From an uncultured Pseudomonas sp. (GTDB taxonomy: Bacteria; Pseudomonadota; Gammaproteobacteria; Enterobacterales; Alteromonadaceae), in the NCBI GenBank assembly GCA_964462025.1, contig CAYWXF010000001.1, forward strand, positions 16,853 through 80,852: a stretch of 64,000 nt of DNA. The letters run 5' to 3'. Under the pieces are notes generated by a model that was given only the letters and a program-made list of their open reading frames with translations, did no database searches and was not told the origin of the DNA. Position numbers and translations under genes: made by a program. Numbering within the stretch: position 1 is the first letter of the stretch; each line of letters opens with the position of its first letter. This document shows positions 1-10,636 of this stretch, in pieces.

Positions 1-1
1 C

Positions 2-1210
2 GAGCCGTTCGAGGCGTTCTTCACGGGCACTGCCACCGATGATCTCGCCGATGCCCGGGGCCAGAATATCCATTGCCGCGACGGTTTTACCGTCATCGTT
101 CTGCCGCATATAGAAAGCTTTGATATCTTTCGGATAATTTTTCAATACTACCGGAGCGCCCACGTGGACTTCCGCGAGGTAGCGCTCGTGTTCCGATTGC
201 AGGTCGGTGCCCCAACTGACCGGATAGTTGAACTGCTGGCCGCAGTTCTGCAGGATCTCAACCGCATCGGTGTAATCCATATGTACGAATTTATTTGAAA
301 CCACATGGTTAAGGCGATCCAACACACCCTTATCGATGCGCTGCTGAAAGAACGCCATATCGTCAGCGCGTTCTTCAAGCACGGCGTTAATAGCATACTT
401 GAGCATATCTTCGGCAAGATAAGCGATATCATTGAGGTCGGCGAAAGCAACTTCCGGCTCAACCATCCAGAACTCCGCCAGGTGGCGGCTGGTGTTCGAA
501 TTCTCTGCGCGGAAAGTGGGGCCAAAGGTATAAACTTTGGATAAGGCGCAGGCATAGGTTTCGACATTCAACTGGCCGGAAACGGTCAGAAAGGCTTCTT
601 TACCGAAAAAGTCTTTGCTGAAATCAACATCGCCCTTGTCGGTACGGGGCAGATTCATTAAATCGAGAGTTGAAACCCGGAACAGCTCACCGGCACCTTC
701 GGCATCAGAAGCGGTAATAATTGGCGTTGCCACCCACAGGTAACCGCGCTCATGGAAGAAGCGATGGAGCGCCTGTGACAGGCAGTTACGTACCCGCATG
801 ACGGCCCCGGTCACGTTAGTGCGCGCGCGAAGGTGCGCAAATTCCCGCAAGTATTCCATTGAATGAGGCTTTGGCGACATCGGGTAGGTGTCGGGATCAT
901 CCACAAAGCCATAGACATGGACTTTCTCTGCCTGAATTTCAAAACTCTGGCCCTTACCGGCAGATTCGGCTACCACGCCGGTCACGGCGACACTGGCACC
1001 GGTAGTTAGCCGCAGTACTTCGCTCTCATAATTGTCGAGTTCATTGGAAACGACTACCTGAACGGGATCAAAACATGAGCCATCATGCACGTTAATAAAT
1101 GAGATACCTGCTTTTGAATCACGGCGGGTACGCACCCAGCCACGCACGGTAACCTGCTCACCGACCGCAGTTTTTCCTGATAGAACGTCGACAACTGTAG
1201 CGAAGGACAT
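2..1210 (-). CDS. asnS: Asparagine--tRNA ligase (3' end outside window)
   Basis: Not in the ORF track. Manual translation from ATG at 1210 gives [51 protein letters not shown], a typical AsnRS OB-fold N-terminus. Reading frame runs off the window edge. Confidence 0.95.
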   Translation of the reverse strand, partial: MSFATVVDVLSGKTAVGEQVTVRGWVRTRRDSKAGISFINVHDGSCFDPVQVVVSNELDNYESEVLRLTTGASVAVTGVVAESAGKGQSFEIQAEKVHVYGFVDDPDTYPMSPKPHSMEYLREFAHLRARTNVTGAVMRVRNCLSQALHRFFHERGYLWVATPIITASDAEGAGELFRVSTLDLMNLPRTDKGDVDFSKDFFGKEAFLTVSGQLNVETYACALSKVYTFGPTFRAENSNTSRHLAEFWMVEPEVAFADLNDIAYLAEDMLKYAINAVLEERADDMAFFQQRIDKGVLDRLNHVVSNKFVHMDYTDAVEILQNCGQQFNYPVSWGTDLQSEHERYLAEVHVGAPVVLKNYPKDIKAFYMRQNDDGKTVAAMDILAPGIGEIIGGSAREERLERL

Positions 1211-1292
1211 GAACCTGCAAACTCCAATAGGGTAATAGGGAAATAAATAAGGCTGTTATGTTACCTTGCTTTGCCTAAGACTCAAGCGAAAA

Positions 1293-2585
1293 TCATGCTT
1301 CTTGAGCTGCTATGAGCATTGCGCTGGTGATCTGGCTCAGTTGCCCCGAAGTAATGGTATAAGGTGGCATTACATAGATAAGCCGGCCAAACGGACGGAT
1401 CCACACTCCGAGTTCAACGAAACGCTGCTGCAGCCTGGCTACATTAACCGGCTGTTTCATTTCGATAACCCCGATAGCACCGAAGGTGCGCACGTCAGCT
1501 ACCGCCGGTAATGCCCGGGCTGGTTCGAGTTCAGCAGTCAGTTGACGCTCAATTGCGGCAACCTGCCGGCGCCAGTCGCCAGTTTGGATTAATGCGATAC
1601 TGGCGTTGGCTATGGCGCAGGCAAGGGGGTTTGCCATGAAGGTGGGGCCATGCATAAAGGTGCCGCCGGCCGGGCCGGCACTAATGGTATCGGCAACGTC
1701 GGTGGTGGCAAGTACCGCTGCCATCGTAAGGTAACCGCCAGTCAGGGCTTTGCCGAGACACATGATATCCGGACTGATGCCAGCATGATTACAGGCAAAG
1801 AGTTCGCCGGTGCGACCAAAGCCGGTCGCGATTTCATCGGCGATCAGCAACACGTCGAATTGATCACACAGCGCTCGCAGACCCTTCAGATAATCCGGGT
1901 GGTAAAAGCGCATGCCGCCGGCGCCCTGTACCACGGGCTCAACAATGACTGCGGCAATTTCCTGGTGGTGGGACTGCAGCAAGTCGGTCATGGCGGTCAG
2001 CGCCTGTGGATCCCATTCATCCTGGGGGCGCACGTCAGGTACCGGGGCAAATAATTGCTGGCGCAGCGATCCCTGAAACAAAGCATGCATACCGTTGACC
2101 GGATCACAGACTGACATCGCGGCAAAGGTGTCGCCATGATAGCCGCCACGGATGGTGGCAATACGGTTTTTTGCTGGTTGCTGTCGGGCCGCCCAGTACT
2201 GAACCGCCATTTTTATAGCAATTTCTACCGATACTGAGCCCGAGTCTGCCAGAAAAACCTTTTGTAGCGGAGCCGGTGACAGCTCCACCAGCTGCCGGCA
2301 GAGGTCGATCGCGGGCTTATGGGTTATGCCGCCGAACATCACGTGGCTCATATGACCGAGCTGCCGCTGAGCAGCCTCGTTGAGTCGAGGATGATTGTAG
2401 CCGTGAATAGCCGCCCACCAGGAGGACATTCCATCGATTAGCCGGCGGCCGTCATCCAGAATGAGTTCACATCCTTCAGCCGCCGCCACCGGGTAGACAG
2501 GCAGTGGCTCACGAAAGGAGGTATAGGGATGCCAGATATGTTGTTGGTCAAAAGCATGATCGCCGGGCTGCAGAAAATTTGTCAT
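1293..2585 (-). CDS. bioA: Adenosylmethionine-8-amino-7-oxononanoate transaminase
   Basis: Motifs [24 protein letters not shown] and PLP lysine in [12 protein letters not shown] at 2585 preferred over TTG at 2591. Divergent from bioB. Confidence 0.96.
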   Translation of the reverse strand: MTNFLQPGDHAFDQQHIWHPYTSFREPLPVYPVAAAEGCELILDDGRRLIDGMSSWWAAIHGYNHPRLNEAAQRQLGHMSHVMFGGITHKPAIDLCRQLVELSPAPLQKVFLADSGSVSVEIAIKMAVQYWAARQQPAKNRIATIRGGYHGDTFAAMSVCDPVNGMHALFQGSLRQQLFAPVPDVRPQDEWDPQALTAMTDLLQSHHQEIAAVIVEPVVQGAGGMRFYHPDYLKGLRALCDQFDVLLIADEIATGFGRTGELFACNHAGISPDIMCLGKALTGGYLTMAAVLATTDVADTISAGPAGGTFMHGPTFMANPLACAIANASIALIQTGDWRRQVAAIERQLTAELEPARALPAVADVRTFGAIGVIEMKQPVNVARLQQRFVELGVWIRPFGRLIYVMPPYTITSGQLSQITSAMLIAAQEA

Positions 2586-2657
2586 AAACAAGAACCTGGT
2601 CGCTGTATCAGTCTGGTTAAAATATAGCCAGTCGTTATTATTTAATGGCCTAAAAAG

Positions 2658-2685
2658 TTGACAGTGTACGTTTTACCCGTAATCT
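2658..2685 (+). promoter_or_regulatory. Putative sigma70 promoter of bioBFCD
   Basis: TTGACA (2658-2663), 16-nt spacer, TAATCT (2680-2685), upstream of bioB. Confidence 0.55.
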
Positions 2686-2721
2686 AGTCGAGGATAATTA
2701 ACGACTAACAATGGATTCCAC

Positions 2722-3765
2722 ATGACACATACCGCGCTCCGCCACGACTGGACTGTTACTGAGATCGAACAACTCTTTGCCCGCCCGTTTAATGACTTAT
2801 TGTTTCAGGCCCAGCAAGTACACCGCGAACACTTTGATCCGAACGCGGTGCAGGTGAGCACCTTATTGTCGATAAAAACCGGCGCGTGTCCGGAAGATTG
2901 TAAATATTGCCCACAAAGCGCCCATTATCATACCGGGCTTGATCGCGAGCGACTGATGGCGGTCAACAAGGTGCTGCAGGAAGCCGAAGCCGCCAAAGCA
3001 CAAGGCGCTAGCCGGTTTTGCATGGGCGCGGCCTGGCGTAACCCCAAAGCACGGGATATGCCCTATGTAATCGAAATGGTAAAAGGCGTGAAGGCACTGG
3101 GGCTGGAGACCTGCATGACGCTGGGAATGCTATCCGAAGAGCAGGCCAAGATGCTGCAGCAGGCGGGATTGGATTATTACAACCATAACCTGGACACCTC
3201 ACCGGAGTTCTATGGTGAAATCATCAGCACCCGCACCTATCAGGATCGGCTGACGACGCTGCAGAACGTGCGGGACGCGGGCATGAAGGTATGTGCCGGT
3301 GGTATCGTGGGTATGGGCGAAAGCCGTCGCGACCGAGCCGGGCTGTTACAGCAACTGGCGAACTTACCCCAGCATCCGGAAAGTGTTCCGGTTAATATGC
3401 TGGTGAAAGTAGCAGGGACCCCCTTTGCTGAAATCGACGATCTGGATCCCTTTGAATTTGTGAGAACTATCGCGGTGGCGCGGATCCTGATGCCGCAGTC
3501 CTTTGTCCGTTTGTCGGCCGGGCGCGAAGACATGAACGATGAAATGCAGGCGCTATGTTACCTGGCTGGAGCAAATTCAATTTTCTACGGCGAACGTCTG
3601 TTAACGACTCCGAATCCCGAAGCTGATAAAGATCGCCAGTTATTTGACCGCCTGGGACTGAAACCACTGGAAATAGATGGTTACAGCGATGAAGTTCATG
3701 AGGCCGTTATCCAGGATGCGGTCAGTGAACAGCAACAGCCTGTTCGCTATTATGAAGTTTCCTGA
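2722..3765 (+). CDS. bioB: Biotin synthase
   Basis: Radical [22 protein letters not shown] and RLSAGR motifs. Confidence 0.98.
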   Translation: MTHTALRHDWTVTEIEQLFARPFNDLLFQAQQVHREHFDPNAVQVSTLLSIKTGACPEDCKYCPQSAHYHTGLDRERLMAVNKVLQEAEAAKAQGASRFCMGAAWRNPKARDMPYVIEMVKGVKALGLETCMTLGMLSEEQAKMLQQAGLDYYNHNLDTSPEFYGEIISTRTYQDRLTTLQNVRDAGMKVCAGGIVGMGESRRDRAGLLQQLANLPQHPESVPVNMLVKVAGTPFAEIDDLDPFEFVRTIAVARILMPQSFVRLSAGREDMNDEMQALCYLAGANSIFYGERLLTTPNPEADKDRQLFDRLGLKPLEIDGYSDEVHEAVIQDAVSEQQQPVRYYEVS

Positions 3766-3775
3766 CGAATAGCTC

Positions 3776-4951
3776 ATGGCGGTTATTTCGGCACAACTCC
3801 GACAGGCGAACAGCGATCGCAAACAGCAGCAGCGCTGGCGGACACTGACTGTCGGTACGCGCGTATCAGCACGCACCATAGCTGATGATTCGCGCAGCTA
3901 CCTGAACTTTTCCAGTAATGATTATCTGGGGCTTAGCGAGCACCCGGCAGTGGTTGCGGCCTTTGCTGAGGCGCTGGCGACTTTTGGCGCCGGTAGCCGG
4001 GCATCCCCGCTGGTAGTCGGTTACCAGGCGCCGCATGCTTATCTCAGCGGCCAGCTGGCTGAGTGGCTGCACCGTGATCGGGTGATTCTTATGAACTCCG
4101 GATTCGCGGCAAATCATGGCTGCGTAACAACGCTGGCGCCGTTTTATGAACGGCTGATAAGTGATCGGCTGATCCACGCCTCGATGATAGACGGCGTGCG
4201 TCATACGCGCGTGCCGCTGCAGCGGTTTGCGCATAATGACATCGACAGTTTGCGGACACGGTTGCAGCAACAAGACGGGCGCGCACTGATTCTTACTGAG
4301 AGCGTTTTCAGTATGGACGGTGACCGGGCGCCGATAAAGACAATACGCAAGCTGCTTAACGATAGCGGCTATAGCGCTGACTGTGACCTCATGGTTGATG
4401 ACGCCCACGGCTTTGGCGTAACAGGAGTCAACGGGCAAGGCGCAGGCGGCGAGTTTTCGCAGTCTGAAGTGCCTTTGCTGACCCTGACTTTTGGTAAGGC
4501 GATTGGGGTTGCGGGCGCGGCTATTGCCACGTCCGGTGAGGTGGCTGATTATCTGGTCAATCACTGTCGCGAGCTCATCTACTCAACAGCATTTCCGGCC
4601 GCCCAGGCAGCGGCTGTGAGCGCCTCAGTCAAGTTGCTTCAGAGCCCTGAAGGCGCCGCCCGCCGGGCACAGCTAAATGACAATATTGAATTGCTGAAGC
4701 AACAGGCAGGCGTGCTTGGCCTGCCCCTGCACGCTACCGATACGGCGATCCAGACAGTTCAGCTTGGCACTGATGAACGGGCGCTGACGGTGAGTGCCCG
4801 GCTGCGTGAGCGGGGGATATGGTGTACCGCGATTCGTCCGCCAACCGTACCTGAAGGACAGGCCCGGCTGCGGATTGCGCTGAGCGCCATACATACGTCT
4901 GAAGATATCAGCCAGTTGCTGCAGGCTTTGCAGAGAAGTCTGGAAAATTAA
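3776..4951 (+). CDS. bioF: 8-amino-7-oxononanoate synthase
   Basis: NFSSNDYLGL, ESVFSMDGD, DDAHG, TFGKA and IRPPTVP motifs; operon position. Confidence 0.95.
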   Translation: MAVISAQLRQANSDRKQQQRWRTLTVGTRVSARTIADDSRSYLNFSSNDYLGLSEHPAVVAAFAEALATFGAGSRASPLVVGYQAPHAYLSGQLAEWLHRDRVILMNSGFAANHGCVTTLAPFYERLISDRLIHASMIDGVRHTRVPLQRFAHNDIDSLRTRLQQQDGRALILTESVFSMDGDRAPIKTIRKLLNDSGYSADCDLMVDDAHGFGVTGVNGQGAGGEFSQSEVPLLTLTFGKAIGVAGAAIATSGEVADYLVNHCRELIYSTAFPAAQAAAVSASVKLLQSPEGAARRAQLNDNIELLKQQAGVLGLPLHATDTAIQTVQLGTDERALTVSARLRERGIWCTAIRPPTVPEGQARLRIALSAIHTSEDISQLLQALQRSLEN

Positions 4952-4952
4952 T

Positions 4953-5750
4953 ATGCAGCATTCACTCAGCCATCCGGCACCGCCGGCCTATGATAAGGGC
5001 CGGGTCGCGCGGCAGTTCAGCAAGGCCGCTGGCAGCTATAGCCAACATGATTATCTGCAGCGACTATGCGGCGAGCAGTTGTTGGAACGTCTGCCACAGC
5101 ATAGCGAGGTACTGATCGACCTGGGTTGTGGTCCGGCAAGCATGACCGCCGCGTTGCAATCACGCTGCGCCCACTATCTGGGCCTGGATATTGCTCCCGG
5201 GATGCTGCAACAGGCCAGAATACAGCAGCAAGCTGCGTTTGCTGGCGCCGATATGGACCTGTTGCCGCTGCGCCCGGCTAGCGTAGATACGGTGTTTTCC
5301 AATCTGACGCTGCAATGGAGTAATAACCTTCAGGGTACCCTCAGCGGTGCGCTGCAGGCACTTAAACCCGGTGGCTCTGTGTTGTTTTCAACAATTCTGG
5401 CCGGCTCAATGACGCCGTTAACGCGTATTTTTGCTGAAGTCGACAGCCAACCGCACAACAATACTTTTCTGAGTGCTGAGGCTATTCGTCAGGTGCTGGC
5501 GACACTGCCTGACGTGCGCTGGGAGCTGACTGAACTACCGCTGCGAATAAGTTATCACAGCCTCAGGGAGATGCTGCGTGACCTCAAGGGCATAGGCGCT
5601 AATTATACCGCGCGTGACCCACAGGGATTATTTACCCGCCGGCGCCTGGCGTTGTGGGAGGCCGCAACAGAAAAGTATCGTGAAACCGACGGCAAGCTTT
5701 ATCTTTACTGGCATATCGGCTTGGTTTCGATACATAAGGGAGTTAACTAA
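4953..5750 (+). CDS. bioC: Malonyl-ACP O-methyltransferase
   Basis: FSKAAGSY, SAM motif DLGCG, FSNLTLQW and LKGIGAN; lies between bioF and bioD. Confidence 0.9.
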   Translation: MQHSLSHPAPPAYDKGRVARQFSKAAGSYSQHDYLQRLCGEQLLERLPQHSEVLIDLGCGPASMTAALQSRCAHYLGLDIAPGMLQQARIQQQAAFAGADMDLLPLRPASVDTVFSNLTLQWSNNLQGTLSGALQALKPGGSVLFSTILAGSMTPLTRIFAEVDSQPHNNTFLSAEAIRQVLATLPDVRWELTELPLRISYHSLREMLRDLKGIGANYTARDPQGLFTRRRLALWEAATEKYRETDGKLYLYWHIGLVSIHKGVN

Positions 5751-5755
5751 AAGGT

Positions 5756-6472
5756 ATGGTGAATTGCTATTTTGTAACCGGAACCGATACTGATGCCGGT
5801 AAGACAGTTGCTGCAGTGGCGCTGTTGCAACGACTACAGGCAGAGCAAAACTATTGTCTCGCCATGAAACCGGTAGCGGCTGGCGCGACCGATCAGGGCG
5901 CGGGCCTGCGTAATACGGATGCAATGCATCTGCTGGATAATCTGCTGCCGCGCGCTGACGATACCTGGCTGCCAACTTATGATGAAGTGAACCCGGTTTG
6001 TTACGCCGAGCCCGTGGCACCGCATCTGGCCGCAGCGCGGCAGCAACAAACACTGACGGTCGGTGCGTTACTGGGCCATACCCGGAAGCTGATCAGCCAA
6101 CAGCCCGATTGCCTGGTCATTGAAGGGGCCGGCGGCTGGTTGTTGCCGCTGAACAACAGCGAAACCCTTGCCGATTATGTGCAGGAACTTGATGCGGCCG
6201 TGGTGTTGGTGGTTGGGCTGAAGCTCGGCTGCCTGAATCACACCCTGCTCACCATTGCCGATATTCAGCGGCGCGGCATCCGGCTGGCGGGCTGGATAGC
6301 GAACCAACCGCAGGCGGTGCCGATGACCTTGCAGCGAGAGAACCTTGATTACCTGCAACAGGCGATTCCGGCACCCTGTCTGGGCATATTGCCGTTTATG
6401 GAAAACTGGCAACAGCAACAGCCGGGCAACTATCTTACCAATATTGAAAAAATCCTCGGTTCAGATAGCTAA
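5756..6472 (+). CDS. bioD: Dethiobiotin synthase
   Basis: FVTGTDTDAGKT P-loop, IEGAGG and LGCLNHT motifs. Confidence 0.96.
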   Translation: MVNCYFVTGTDTDAGKTVAAVALLQRLQAEQNYCLAMKPVAAGATDQGAGLRNTDAMHLLDNLLPRADDTWLPTYDEVNPVCYAEPVAPHLAAARQQQTLTVGALLGHTRKLISQQPDCLVIEGAGGWLLPLNNSETLADYVQELDAAVVLVVGLKLGCLNHTLLTIADIQRRGIRLAGWIANQPQAVPMTLQRENLDYLQQAIPAPCLGILPFMENWQQQQPGNYLTNIEKILGSDS

Positions 6473-6500
6473 AATTCAGTAGAATATAGGCCACAGGCTA

Positions 6501-6528
6501 TTGAGAATGGGGTTGATGAACCACATAT
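6501..6528 (+). promoter_or_regulatory. Putative sigma32 (RpoH) promoter of htpX
   Basis: TTGAGA-N14-CCACATAT versus consensus TTGAAA-N13/14-CCCCATAT. htpX is a known RpoH regulon member. Confidence 0.7.
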
Positions 6529-6561
6529 CCGTGGTGCTGTGTGATCATTTTTTAAAGAGGT

Positions 6562-7446
6562 ATGTCGTTTATGCTGAGGATCGTTCTGTTTTTAGCAACC
6601 AACCTGGCTATTTTGCTGGTGTTGGGGCTGGTTATGAATTTGCTGTTACCGGCGTTTGGGATTGATCCGTCCGGGTATGGCGGCCTGTTGCTGTTCGCTG
6701 CCGCTTTTGGTTTTGGTGGTGCCTTTATCTCGCTGGCGATTTCCCGCTGGATGGCGAAACGGACCACAGGTGCGCAGGTCATTACGAAACCGCGCAACAG
6801 CACTGAAACCTGGCTGGTACAGACAGTTGAACGCCTCAGCCGTAAAGCCGGCATTCCGATGCCGGAAGTGGCCATATTTGACTCACCGGCGCCTAATGCG
6901 TTTGCTACCGGGGCTAGTAAGAAGAGTTCTCTGGTCGCAGTAAGTACCGGGCTGTTGAGAAATATGAACCAGGATGAAGTTGAAGCCGTACTGGCTCATG
7001 AAGTAGCCCATATCGCCAATGGCGACATGGTGACCCTGACCCTGATTCAGGGCGTGGTAAATACTTTTGTGATTTTCTTCGCGCGGGTGATCGCCGGTGC
7101 CATCGACAATGCGACGCGCAGCAATTCGCAAAGCGGGCAGGGACTTGGCGGCATGGCTTATTTCGCTATCGTAATGGTTTTAGAGTTGGTATTTGGCATC
7201 CTCGCCAGTATCATTGTGTTCTGGTTCTCGCGGCAGCGGGAATTTCGTGCCGATGCGGGATCTGCTCAGTTGGTGGGCAGGGATAAAATGATTGCCGCAC
7301 TGCGCCGTTTGCAGCAAGGTCAGGAATCTCAACTGGACGGTTCGATGATGGCGTTTGGTATCCAGAGCGAATCACGTCGGTTCAGTGAACTATTTCTGAC
7401 ACACCCGCCATTAGAAAAGCGGATTCATGCGTTGCAGCGACTGTAA
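6562..7446 (+). CDS. htpX: Membrane zinc protease HtpX
   Basis: [13 protein letters not shown] zinc motif, NGDMVT and THPPLEKRI. Confidence 0.97.
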   Translation: MSFMLRIVLFLATNLAILLVLGLVMNLLLPAFGIDPSGYGGLLLFAAAFGFGGAFISLAISRWMAKRTTGAQVITKPRNSTETWLVQTVERLSRKAGIPMPEVAIFDSPAPNAFATGASKKSSLVAVSTGLLRNMNQDEVEAVLAHEVAHIANGDMVTLTLIQGVVNTFVIFFARVIAGAIDNATRSNSQSGQGLGGMAYFAIVMVLELVFGILASIIVFWFSRQREFRADAGSAQLVGRDKMIAALRRLQQGQESQLDGSMMAFGIQSESRRFSELFLTHPPLEKRIHALQRL

Positions 7447-7482
7447 ACTAACGCACAGTTACATTATTAAATAAGGATAGTT

Positions 7483-8841
7483 ATGACGACCTGGAGTTCG
7501 CGGAGTTGGCGCGACAAGCCAATTCAGCAACAACCTGCGTATCAGAGTGCGGCCGAATTGCAGCGCATTGAGCATCAACTGAAACAATTTCCGCCGCTGG
7601 TATTTGCGGAGGAGATCCGGGCGCTGCGCAAACAGCTGGCGCGGGTAAGCCAGGGCAAAGGTTTTCTGCTACAAGGTGGTGATTGCGCGGAATCTTTCGC
7701 GGATTTTAATGCTCCAAAGATCCGGGATACCTTTAAAGTTATCCTGCAGATGGCTATTGTGCTGACTTTTGCGGGTTCCTGTCCGGTGACGAAAGTCGCG
7801 CGCATGGCGGGGCAATATGCCAAGCCGCGCTCCAGTGATCTGGAAACCCTTGATGGATTGTCATTGCCGAGCTACCGGGGCGATATCATTAACGCGGCGG
7901 ATTTTACCGAAGCTGCACGACAGCCCGATCCCCAGCGGATGATTCAGGCATACCACCACTCAGCAGCTACGCTGAACCTGCTGCGCGCGTTCGCGCAGGG
8001 CGGTCTGGCCGATCTTCATAAGGTGCATAAGTGGAATATGAGCTTTGTTGCCGCCAATCCACTGAAAGAACAGTATCAGCGGGTGGCTGAACAAATCCAG
8101 TCGGCGCTGCAGTTTATGGAAGTGCTGGGCATTAACGCGGAAACCAATGCCACTATTCATGAAACCCAGCTGTTTACTTCACATGAGGCGTTATTACTGC
8201 CTTATGAAGAGGCGCTGACCCGCACCGACACCCTGACCGGGCTGCCTTATGACTGCTCGGCCCATATGGTCTGGATTGGTGAGCGCACCCGGCAGCTGGA
8301 TCATGCTCATGTGGAGTTTATGCGCGGTATCCATAATCCACTGGGTATTAAAATCGGACCAAGCACCCAGCCTGACGATGTTATCCAGTTGCTGGATGTG
8401 CTGAATCCGCAAAACGAAGCAGGTCGCATCACACTCATTACCCGTATGGGCGCCACTAAGCTGGCAGATAACCTGCCGCAGATTGTGCGCCGGGTAAAAG
8501 CGGAAGGCCGGCAGGTGGTCTGGTCCAGTGATCCTATGCATGGTAATACAGTCAAAGCCGAAAATGGTCTCAAAACCCGTGATTTTGATGCGATCCATCA
8601 GGAATTACGGCACTTCTTTGCGGTTCATCAGGCTGAAGGTACATATCCTGGTGGTGTGCATCTGGAAATGACCGGTGAGGATGTTACTGAATGTACCGGC
8701 GGGGCTTATCAGATCAGCGAGCAGGACCTGACTCAGCGGTATCGCACCCAGTGTGATCCACGCCTGAATGCCGATCAGGTTCTGGAATTAGCATTTTTAG
8801 TCGCAGATTCTCTGCGGGAAGCGCGGCAGGGCCGCGGTTAA
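7483..8841 (+). CDS. Class II 3-deoxy-7-phosphoheptulonate (DAHP) synthase
   Basis: [37 protein letters not shown] and CDPRLN class II signatures. Confidence 0.95.
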   Translation: MTTWSSRSWRDKPIQQQPAYQSAAELQRIEHQLKQFPPLVFAEEIRALRKQLARVSQGKGFLLQGGDCAESFADFNAPKIRDTFKVILQMAIVLTFAGSCPVTKVARMAGQYAKPRSSDLETLDGLSLPSYRGDIINAADFTEAARQPDPQRMIQAYHHSAATLNLLRAFAQGGLADLHKVHKWNMSFVAANPLKEQYQRVAEQIQSALQFMEVLGINAETNATIHETQLFTSHEALLLPYEEALTRTDTLTGLPYDCSAHMVWIGERTRQLDHAHVEFMRGIHNPLGIKIGPSTQPDDVIQLLDVLNPQNEAGRITLITRMGATKLADNLPQIVRRVKAEGRQVVWSSDPMHGNTVKAENGLKTRDFDAIHQELRHFFAVHQAEGTYPGGVHLEMTGEDVTECTGGAYQISEQDLTQRYRTQCDPRLNADQVLELAFLVADSLREARQGRG

Positions 8842-8869
8842 ACGACATTTTTCGAGGTTATAGCAGTAT

Positions 8870-9670
8870 ATGTCACAACATCAGGTTGAACAGTTTTTTG
8901 AAAATCTCTGGCAGGACTACATCCAACTAACTCCTTCTGCTGCCAAAGTGCATCAGGTGCTGGGCCAGGGCCAGCCGATCATTAATGATCACGTGGCCTT
9001 CAGAACCTTTAATATTGCGCCGGTCCGGTTAGCGGCGCTGGCAGCGCATTTTGAAGATATGGGGTATGAAGCCAAAGGCGATTACGAGTTTACCGAGAAA
9101 AAACTAATTGCCCGGCATTTTGAACATAGCGATCCGCGGCTGCCGAAGATCTTCATCAGTGAGTTACTGGTGGAATCTTTTTCTGCGGAATTGCAAACCA
9201 TAGTGAAGCAACTGGTGGCACAGATTGATCCGGAGCAGGTTGCCCGCCCGGAATTTTTATACTCTGGCACGCATTGGCAACTGAGCAGCACCGATTATGA
9301 ACGGCTGTTGGAAGAAAGCGAATACGCTGCCTGGATGGGCGCGTTCGGCTTCCGCGCCAATCATTTTACCGTCAACGTTAACGAACTGACTGACTATGAA
9401 TCGCTGGAACAAGTGAACCAGACACTGAAGAACGCAGGTTTCCGGTTAAATAGTTCAGGTGGCGAGATCAAAGGATCGCGGGACGTTTTTCTGGAGCAGT
9501 CATCAACCATGGCCGATCATATGCCGGTGCGCTTCAGCGACATGGAAAAAGTGATTCCCAGTTGTTTCTATGAGTTCGCCCGTCGCTATGAAATGGCGCC
9601 GGACAAGCTCTATACCGGCTTTGTCGCCGCCTCAGCTGATAAGATCTTTGAAAGTACCAACGCCCGCTAA
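8870..9670 (+). CDS. DUF1338 family protein (HglS-like 2-oxoadipate dioxygenase/decarboxylase)
   Basis: NDHVAFRT, KIFISEL, ESEYAAW, ANHFT, FYEFARR and ADKIFEST motifs of DUF1338. Confidence 0.85.
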   Translation: MSQHQVEQFFENLWQDYIQLTPSAAKVHQVLGQGQPIINDHVAFRTFNIAPVRLAALAAHFEDMGYEAKGDYEFTEKKLIARHFEHSDPRLPKIFISELLVESFSAELQTIVKQLVAQIDPEQVARPEFLYSGTHWQLSSTDYERLLEESEYAAWMGAFGFRANHFTVNVNELTDYESLEQVNQTLKNAGFRLNSSGGEIKGSRDVFLEQSSTMADHMPVRFSDMEKVIPSCFYEFARRYEMAPDKLYTGFVAASADKIFESTNAR

Positions 9671-9686
9671 GGCGTTGGTTCTTTGC

Positions 9687-10511
9687 TCAGAAGCGATGCC
9701 GTTCGATATTGGTTTCAGCCAGTATCTTGGCGGCTATTTCCTCAACCGAGAAACGGGTGGAATCGAGAAACGGGATCGCTTCACGCCGATACATCTTTTC
9801 GACTTCACTTAGTTCGTAGCGACATTGCTGCAGCGACGCATAGGTGCTTCCTTCCCGGCGCTTGGTACGAATTTCATGCAGGCGCTGCGGATCCAGGGTC
9901 AGACCAAATATCTTGTGGCGATGCGCCTTCAGTACTTTGGGTAACTGCAGATTCTCGAGCTTATCGTCTTCAGTGAGCGGATAGTTGGCCGCTTTAATAC
10001 CGTAGTGCAGCGCAAGGTACAGGCTGGTCGGTGTTTTACCCGTACGTGATACGCCTAGCAGGATAATATCCGCCTCATCGTAATCGGACACATTGCTGCC
10101 ATCATCGTTGGCCATCGTGTAGTTGACGGCATCAATGCGGAAATCATAGCTTTCGCGAATACCGTTTTCCTGAATACCATGAGTCCGGTGGGTTTTCGGT
10201 TGCGCCGGAATACCCAGCTCCTTGCTCATCGGCGCGACAAAATAGTCCAGAAAATCATAACAGCTACCGCGGCTGCTGGTGATAATGCGCTTCACATCAA
10301 CACTTACAAAGGTATGAAAGATGATCGGCCGTTCGCCACTATCGGTATAGGCCTTATTTATCCGCGCCACGGCCTGTTGTGCTTTGTCGATACTATCGAT
10401 AAAAGCCAGGGTTTTGTGCTCAACTTTGAGCGGGAACATCGACAGCATGGCTTTGCCGAAAGCCTCTGCAGTTAAGGCAGTGCCGTCGGAAATATAAAAA
10501 ATCGTGCGCAT
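9687..10511 (-). CDS. ppsR: PEP synthase regulatory protein (kinase/pyrophosphorylase)
   Basis: [25 protein letters not shown] and SVEEIA motifs; divergent from ppsA. Confidence 0.95.
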   Translation of the reverse strand: MRTIFYISDGTALTAEAFGKAMLSMFPLKVEHKTLAFIDSIDKAQQAVARINKAYTDSGERPIIFHTFVSVDVKRIITSSRGSCYDFLDYFVAPMSKELGIPAQPKTHRTHGIQENGIRESYDFRIDAVNYTMANDDGSNVSDYDEADIILLGVSRTGKTPTSLYLALHYGIKAANYPLTEDDKLENLQLPKVLKAHRHKIFGLTLDPQRLHEIRTKRREGSTYASLQQCRYELSEVEKMYRREAIPFLDSTRFSVEEIAAKILAETNIERHRF

Positions 10512-10636
10512 GAAAGTTAATCCTGGAATAGAAATGCATAAGAGATGTTAACTTGTGGTGGCCCAGTGTGTAAAATAAACCGCATCGGGTGACCGCGGAC
10601 AGGTCGCATCCAGCCTAAACTCACGAGGAATTCAGT

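Noticed and set aside
148-567. Track ORFs 148-567 (-) and 305-544 (+)
   Set aside because: Out-of-frame or antisense shadows of asnS, which the track missed because its stop lies outside the window.
3866-4564. 232-aa antisense ORF within bioF, and similar long antisense ORFs such as 40731-41381
   Set aside because: Fully overlap well-conserved genes on the opposite strand and have no recognisable motifs; expected codon-bias shadows.
4953-5750. Absence of bioH from the bio cluster
   Set aside because: bioH is also unlinked in E. coli, so this is not informative without the rest of the genome.
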